The notes beneath the pieces are model-generated. The model made no database searches. It had not been told where the DNA came from and saw nothing but the letters and a program-made list of their open reading frames with translations. A stretch of DNA of 62,143 nucleotides. It comes from Octopus sinensis (Eukaryota). The stretch is taken from assembly GCF_006345805.1 (NCBI RefSeq), contig NW_021832247.1, forward strand, positions 1 through 62,143. The letters are read 5' to 3'. Of this stretch, positions 55,492 through 62,143 are shown piece after piece; the stretch's first letter is position 1, and every line of letters starts with the position of its first letter. A program made the translations under genes and the position numbers.

Positions 55492-55600
55492 CTAGCAGTA
55501 TCGTGCGGTGTTGCTCGGGTTTGTTTCGACCCTTTAGAATTGGAATTTTTGAAAAATTAAAATTTTGCATTATGTAGATTGTTATTCTCTTTAAGTGAAT
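55492..55600 (-). mobile_element. Helitron-like 3' end fragment
   Basis: CTAGCAGTATCGTGCGGTGTTGCTCGGGTTTGT matches the terminus at 41889. Confidence 0.7.
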
Positions 55601-55641
55601 ATACACACGCACACACACACGCACGCACGAACACACACATT

Positions 55642-55688
<47 letters not shown>

Positions 55689-55717
55689 GCACACACATAT
55701 ATATGTACGATTGTGTA

Positions 55718-55893
55718 TAGGAGGGGGTGCTGAAAATTTCCTGGCTTTAAGTTTATTGTGAAAGGCCTGGTTAGAAGCCAAAAATTCCGAGTTCTTTTAC
55801 CGGCCTTAGATAAAATGAAGGGCTGTTGTAATAATGTGTGAATGTCAGGTGGAAGTATTTTGAATAGAATCATAATTAACAGATCCTCCTGTA
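55718..55893 (+). mobile_element. Possible decayed short mariner derivative
   Basis: TAGGAGGGGGTGCTGAAAATTTCC resembles a mariner TIR; internal CVNVRWKYFE* resembles a transposase C-terminus. Confidence 0.35.
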
Positions 55894-55914
55894 TTTTCGT
55901 TTACCCAAAGCAAG

Positions 55915-55950
55915 TCAAGGACATTCGGATACCCTTCCGTATCTGTAAGT

Positions 55951-56001
<51 letters not shown>

Positions 56002-56170
56002 TTTGTGTCTATCTTTGTCCCTCTAATACCTCTTGACAACTGGTGTTGGTGAGCTTACGTCTCTATAATTTATTGGTGAGACCGAGAAGATAAGTGTCTA
56101 TTTGTTCGATTCGAACTCGTGAAGGCGCTGCCCGCAGCTTGCTCGCAGACAAAGGACCGAAACAAAAGAT
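55915..56170 (+). mobile_element. Old degenerate SINE family A 3' half
   Basis: (GT)n then TTTGTCCC..CTTGACAACTGGTGTTGGTG..GAGACCGA..GAAGGCGCTGC. Confidence 0.65.
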
Positions 56171-57088
56171 TCGTAGGAATTCTATACGCTTATTCTTTTA
56201 TTCTTCTACTTGTTTCACTCAAAAGAGCGCGACAAGAACTGTTTAAGTGAGAAATCTTTCATTATATTTCAGGACACATATACAGTAAATGATCATAATT
56301 ATTTAGCTGATGTAGACACACAGCTAAATATTTTCTTCTGATTCCACAAATTCCTTCTTACACCCGACGTAGATCTGCATATCTTTGCATTCAGCAGTAA
56401 CATTTATACCATTGAAAAAAAAGTAAATAGTAAATTTTCATATATTTTAGATATTTTCTCTCTTAATATAATATACAAAATGTTCCCCGTACATAAGCGC
56501 ATCGATTTTTCTTTTATATTTCCTTCTTTCGTTTTTTCTCGACCATTTTCTCTTCACCATCTATTTCGTAGTTATATCAATTTTCTGTCTGTTTTTCTCA
56601 TTTATACATAGGGCCTTTATGCTGTTGATATATAAATAGGGGTCTTTTGCTTCAGCATTCTTCAATCAATAGTTTGCATTTACTTTAAAATACTTTACTG
56701 AATAATTATTTACGTGTTCGCAATATTTTCTTATTTTCTATAATTAAGTCAAGAAATTGGCGGGGTAGCCATGTCTGATGTTTTAACTTTCTATCAACAA
56801 AAAAAAATGTCCTTTTATCAGTTTACGATCAACATGAAATATTCTCTTTTCTCATTGCAATTTAAATTCTAGTTTCACCTACACAGACACGTTTAAGCAT
56901 ACACACACTTACACACGTACACACACACACATATGTATAGGTATATGAATGCGTGTATATATGTGCGAAAGGAAGTTTGTGGATGCAAATTCATAGTTGC
57001 CGGTATCATAAATATTTACATATGCCCGTGTATGTCTGTGCACCAATTGGTGTATGTAGTGAGATATTAGTCATATACATATATATAG

Positions 57089-57140
<52 letters not shown>

Positions 57141-57142
57141 GC

Positions 57143-57174
<32 letters not shown>

Positions 57175-57194
57175 TATATGTGTGTATATATATG

Positions 57195-57242
<48 letters not shown>

Positions 57243-57258
57243 ATGTATATATATGTAT

Positions 57259-57289
<31 letters not shown>

Positions 57290-57373
57290 ATATATATATT
57301 ATATAATCTATTTATATATATATATAGATATATAGATATATATTTATATATATATAATATATATATATATAAT

Positions 57374-57435
<62 letters not shown>

Positions 57436-58295
57436 GGATATTCATCTATATTGAAAAATATTTAATCATTAAATCATTATCACTTTTTTATTGCTTAAAC
57501 ACAAAATCTATTCCAACTATATTCCTTGCCATCAGTTCTAAAAAAAAATTCTCACAACTATTACAGAGTTATATGAAAATATTCTAAGATTGCTATGCGT
57601 TCAATTTATCATACTTTTTTTTTGTATTTCTTTTAATGGCTCTCATGGTAACTGATTAAAAAATGTTGGTCCTGTTTGAGTTTAATAAAAGCGAAGCAAA
57701 AATGGCATCATACATTTAATGGAAAGCCGAGAAAGTAACTTTAAACCACACAAATGTTCTGTATTTATGATACGACAAATTACTTTCAGCAGAAAATATT
57801 GGGAGGTAAAAATGATAGAATAGGATAGGAATGTTATTTTCGTCCGGAATCTAATAGAATTCAAAGAATAAATAGTAAATCATTCAATAAGGAATAATTT
57901 TCTGCTGTGTTCTACGCAACTATTCTGCAAGAATATATATAGACACGAGAATGTCGTTGATCAATTTAAGAAAAAAACTTTTTCTTCTTTCTGTAATGAT
58001 GAAATACAAATCAATTCTTTCCTGACGATGTAAACGTAGGTAAGGAAGATTTAATTTTCGAATTGATACAAGATTAATAGGAATTACTTCGATTGAGAAA
58101 GATCTCTAATACATTGGATGGATATTGTATAAAAGTGTACCCTAATATTTCGAATAATTTCCCTCGATATTTCTAACTAGTTATGTCATAGTGCGTTTAT
58201 ATTTAAAACTATGATTAGTCGTCCACTTAATTCTGTTTTTGTTTTCGCATTGTGACAACTAAAAAGCAAAACAACTTCGTTAACGAATGATATTC

Positions 58296-58711
58296 TTATT
58301 TCATTAATGCCCACAAGGGGCTACACCCAGAGGGGACAAACAAGGAAAGACAAACGGATTAAGCCAATTACATCGACCCCAGTGCGTAACTGGTACTTAA
58401 TTTATCGACCCCGAAAGGATGAAATGCAAAGTCGACCCCAGCGGAATTTGAAATCAGAACATAAAGGCAGGCGAAATACTTATTTCTTCACTACTCACAA
58501 GGAGGTAAACACAGAGGGGACAAACAAGGACAGACAAACGGATTAAGTCGATTACATCGACACCAGTGCGTAACTGGTACTATTTAATCGACCCCGAAAG
58601 GATAAAAGGCAAAGTCGACCTCAGCGGAATTTGAACTCAGAACGTAACGGCAGGCGAAATACTGTTAAGCATTTCGCCCGGCGTGCTATCGTTTCTGTCT
58701 GCTCGTCGCCT
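58296..58711 (-). mobile_element. SINE family C dimer with a single TSD
   Basis: Two units; TSD CGTTAACGAATGA at 58278-58290 and 58713-58725. Confidence 0.92.
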
Positions 58712-59897
58712 ACGTTAACGAATGAATATTCTGGTAAGAAATGTATTGAGTAAAGAGAGCGTGGGCGATTAGATAAAAAGGGGCTGGTTGATTTACTTTA
58801 GCGATTTCTCTCTAAACTATACCCGTAACTCATGTTAAAGAATTTTCTGTAGTGCCAGCGTAATCACAAATAAGATTCTAGCAAACGTCTTCTATTTTTC
58901 AATTTCCAAGTATTATACGGTTAACTGCGGGCAAATTCGCCTTTCCAAAATTTGATTAAATCAAGAGAACTGTTGACAAATTTCTTAAATGCTGTTTTCC
59001 ATTTCAGCGATAAACATATCCGCTGCTTTTAATATACGCGTAAACCGAGTTTCGATCTTCATCTGGTTTTTCTTTGCTCTTGTACATTTTTTTCTATTTT
59101 TGCAATGTGTGGCACGCGAGAAATCGAGAAAAAAAAATGGCACATATCCTACGAAAAGTTAAAAAGATTATTTCTAAAACCAAATATAAAATTATTTGAG
59201 AAACGAATTGCTTATTTTGTTTAATAAATAATATAATTATATTTTTAATATCTCTTGATGCACTTTGAAGTGTAATATGGATTTGGCAACTCCTGAAAAT
59301 TTATTGAAAAGGGTAAAAAAAAAAAAACTGAAAATTATTTGTGGATTGCACTGCACCAGTGCACCTGCACGCATCGTGAAACACTGGATTAGATATGACG
59401 TTTTCTATATTAAAATATGGAAATATTGGGAAAATACACTAGATACCATGGCTTTCATGGATTAGGAAATGGACAGAGAAGCGTAGAATATTATCTACTT
59501 GCTGGGTTCAAAGAAACAATAATATAAACGTGTATGAAACGATATTACACGAGTCGCTGCAGTAGGAACCAGTGAATCAATATATCTCTTCCTGGAAGCC
59601 TACGACATAATAAAAACCATTACAGATGTTAAAAGCTAGCAGGGGACGTTGAAATATAAAATATACCTTAATAAGTTCAACAAACGATTACAGGTACAGT
59701 GCAGTTTCTGTCGAGTTAATACCACCGTATGTTTACGAATAGCATCTGCACTGATGCTCTTCATAGTAAGGCAGCATGTGAAATAGTGGAAATGACACAG
59801 ACAAAATCATATATGCCTGTCTGTCTGTCCGTCTATCTCTTTATCTATATGTTTAATGATCCAGGCTCTCTTTCTATTTATCTGTCCTTGTATATTT

Positions 59898-60087
59898 ATT
59901 CTTTTACTTGTTTCAGTCATTTCACTGTGGACATACTGGAGCAACGCCTTTAGTCGAGCAAATCGATCCCAGGACTTATTCTTTGTAAGCCTAGTACTTA
60001 TTCTATCGGTCTCCTTTGCCGAACGGCTAACTTACGGGAACGTAAACACACCAGCATTGGTTGCGAAGCAATGTTAGGGGGACATGC

Positions 60088-60134
<47 letters not shown>

Positions 60135-60235
60135 GAACACACACATATATATTCGCCGGGTTTCTTTCAGTTTCCGCCTACCAAATCCACCCACCTCGCT
60201 TTGGTTGGCTCGAGGCTGTAGTAGAATACTCCTGC
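59898..60235 (-). mobile_element. SINE family A, 5'-truncated and diverged
   Basis: Collinear from TTTTACTTGTTTCAGTCA to GAGGCTGTAGTAGAA. Confidence 0.88.
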
Positions 60236-60342
60236 TTACAGATACACAAACGCATACACAAACTTACATGCGTATGTAGATGATGCTAAATCCTTTGTAT
60301 ATCCATCTTGTATCATATAACTTAGTACAGAATCCCAGTCAA

Positions 60343-60415
<73 letters not shown>

Positions 60416-60429
60416 TGTGTGTGTGTGTG

Positions 60430-60494
<65 letters not shown>

Positions 60495-61358
60495 GTATGT
60501 ATGTGTATGGATATATATTGAGGAGTATTGATGTGTAAGCTATAACGTCTAAAATTATATCCTTCAATAGTTTATAGCTCTAAGGAATCCATAAAATATC
60601 AGAAAACGGAAAGATAAATCCAGCCGAATGTAAACATTGTCCTAAAATAACTCCAGATGTCTTTGTTGATAACCTTCGACAGATCATGAATCGCGAACAT
60701 GTGATACCATGAAATTAATATATCAAATCGGATATAACACAGTCAAAATGTAGACAATTCGGTGTTACAGTCGATATATTCGTAGTTATTTTCCTCGTTT
60801 CGAGAAGATATATAAATTTTTGGAATAAGACCAAGATTTTTTAGTTTGATATCGTCTGTTATTCTTTAATATGATACGCGATGCGAGTTTGAAATAAAAT
60901 GGATTTAGTGTACGATGTAAGCTATCAGATAAATAGCGTATTCCGTTAGTATGGATAAGTGGGTCGAAGCCTGAAAAATGACAGAGTTGCAACTTGCAAA
61001 ATTGCACGAATGTCTTCGTGTGTATATGTGAGCCTTTGTGTATCCATGTGTGTATATACTTTATTCTGCTAAGGTAAGATGAACAAAAAGATGTACTCCA
61101 TTCACTGAGAGATATATAGCATTTCAACAATATTCAATCGACTAATAGTTTCTTCCTGTTAAGTCACGTGTGTCAGCAGATTTTTATAAAATGAGTTGTA
61201 TCTCCAAGCAATGTATACCGTCTGAGCACATGGTCTGTTCTATTTGAAAATACCCATAGATATATATATATACACATATATGCGTGTGCAAACATGTACA
61301 TAATTATATGTACGTATATCTATATATTTGTACATCTCTCTCTCTCTCTCTCTCTCTC

Positions 61359-61408
<50 letters not shown>

Positions 61409-61876
61409 GCATATGTATATATGTATTTGAACATTTTTAACAACCTCCACTTCCTCAATCCTCTCTCTTACCTCTTCTCTCGCATGTTCCATCTTAACAC
61501 TCCCCATAACACCATACGGTCTTCTATTTGCCCCTTATAATACGGTGAGCTCTCCACATTTCATCATTCCATAATTGAACTCCTCTGCATTAAGATCTGA
61601 AGTGTAAGGTCTCTTGTACTCTCCTAATGGAGGCTCGGCTTATCCAATATTGATTGCTTCTATTGCGGCTTCATATTGTGATGGACTATATCTACCACCA
61701 TTATGGTGGATCTCAGAGCCCCTAGAAACAGCTATACCTATAACAATTCTCTAACACCTCTTTCGTTTTCTCTGCGTAATTATGCTGAAATATTCATCGT
61801 CTGAAATTTTCCACAATTTCGCTCTCTCTCATTTTGCATCTATAAATACCTACATCTACATACATATATATATATA

Positions 61877-62143
61877 TACGAGGGGCGTTCAATAAGTAAT
61901 GCCCCTGACCCACTTCCCAAAGCAGTAAAGCAACGAAACTTGGCACAGTTATTAGTCTTTTTCTACATAGGAACCACCCAGAGTTACGCATTGCTCCCAT
62001 CGTTTGATGCAGCTCTGGAGACTGTTTTTGTAGAAGACCCCAGCTTGATCCTCCAGCCTGAACGTGACTTCAGAAATCAAGCTGCATCATCTGGGAAACA
62101 AGCGAGTTGTGGACCGAAGCGTTGCCCTGCAGGAGGAGGATGC
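61877..62143 (-). mobile_element. Internally deleted mariner (Tc1/mariner) transposon, cut by window edge
   Basis: TA plus CGAGGGGCGTTCAATAAGTAATGC TIR; minus strand FYKNSLQSCIKRWEQCVTLGGSYVEKD* (stop 61952-61954) and ILLLQGNASVH (LHDNA..H-like) in another frame; YSPDL segment missing. Confidence 0.85.

Noticed and set aside
61430-61800. Pyrimidine-rich stretch faintly resembling a LINE RT C-terminus
   Set aside because: Too degenerate to support any call by eye

Overview
AT-rich, microsatellite-saturated eukaryotic non-coding DNA. The SINE content and the (TA)n/(CA)n/(GATA)n density suggest a coleoid cephalopod, probably Octopus (inference). I cannot support any intact protein-coding gene; nearly all ORF-track entries are translations of microsatellites or SINEs. 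The window holds about 35 copies or fragments of three tRNA-headed SINE families (my labels A, B, C) plus head/tail-swapped chimeras. It also holds non-autonomous Helitrons, a deleted mariner, a decayed Ty3/Gypsy pol, a decayed Penelope-like (PLE) RT-linker fragment, a bipartite RTE derivative, a long-inverted-repeat element and an old ~33-bp satellite. The most interesting signal is a set of short, sequence-unrelated inserts in (TA)n tracts that share one architecture: a type I hammerhead ribozyme with a palindromic stem III, then a 3'-terminal hairpin followed by CTHA just before the (TA)n, often with an inverted copy of part of the element. The best example is a 1.8-kb tandem-plus-inverted array of a ~540-bp hammerhead-bearing unit at 46031-47864. 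All coordinates and pairings were read by eye; no search or folding program was run.
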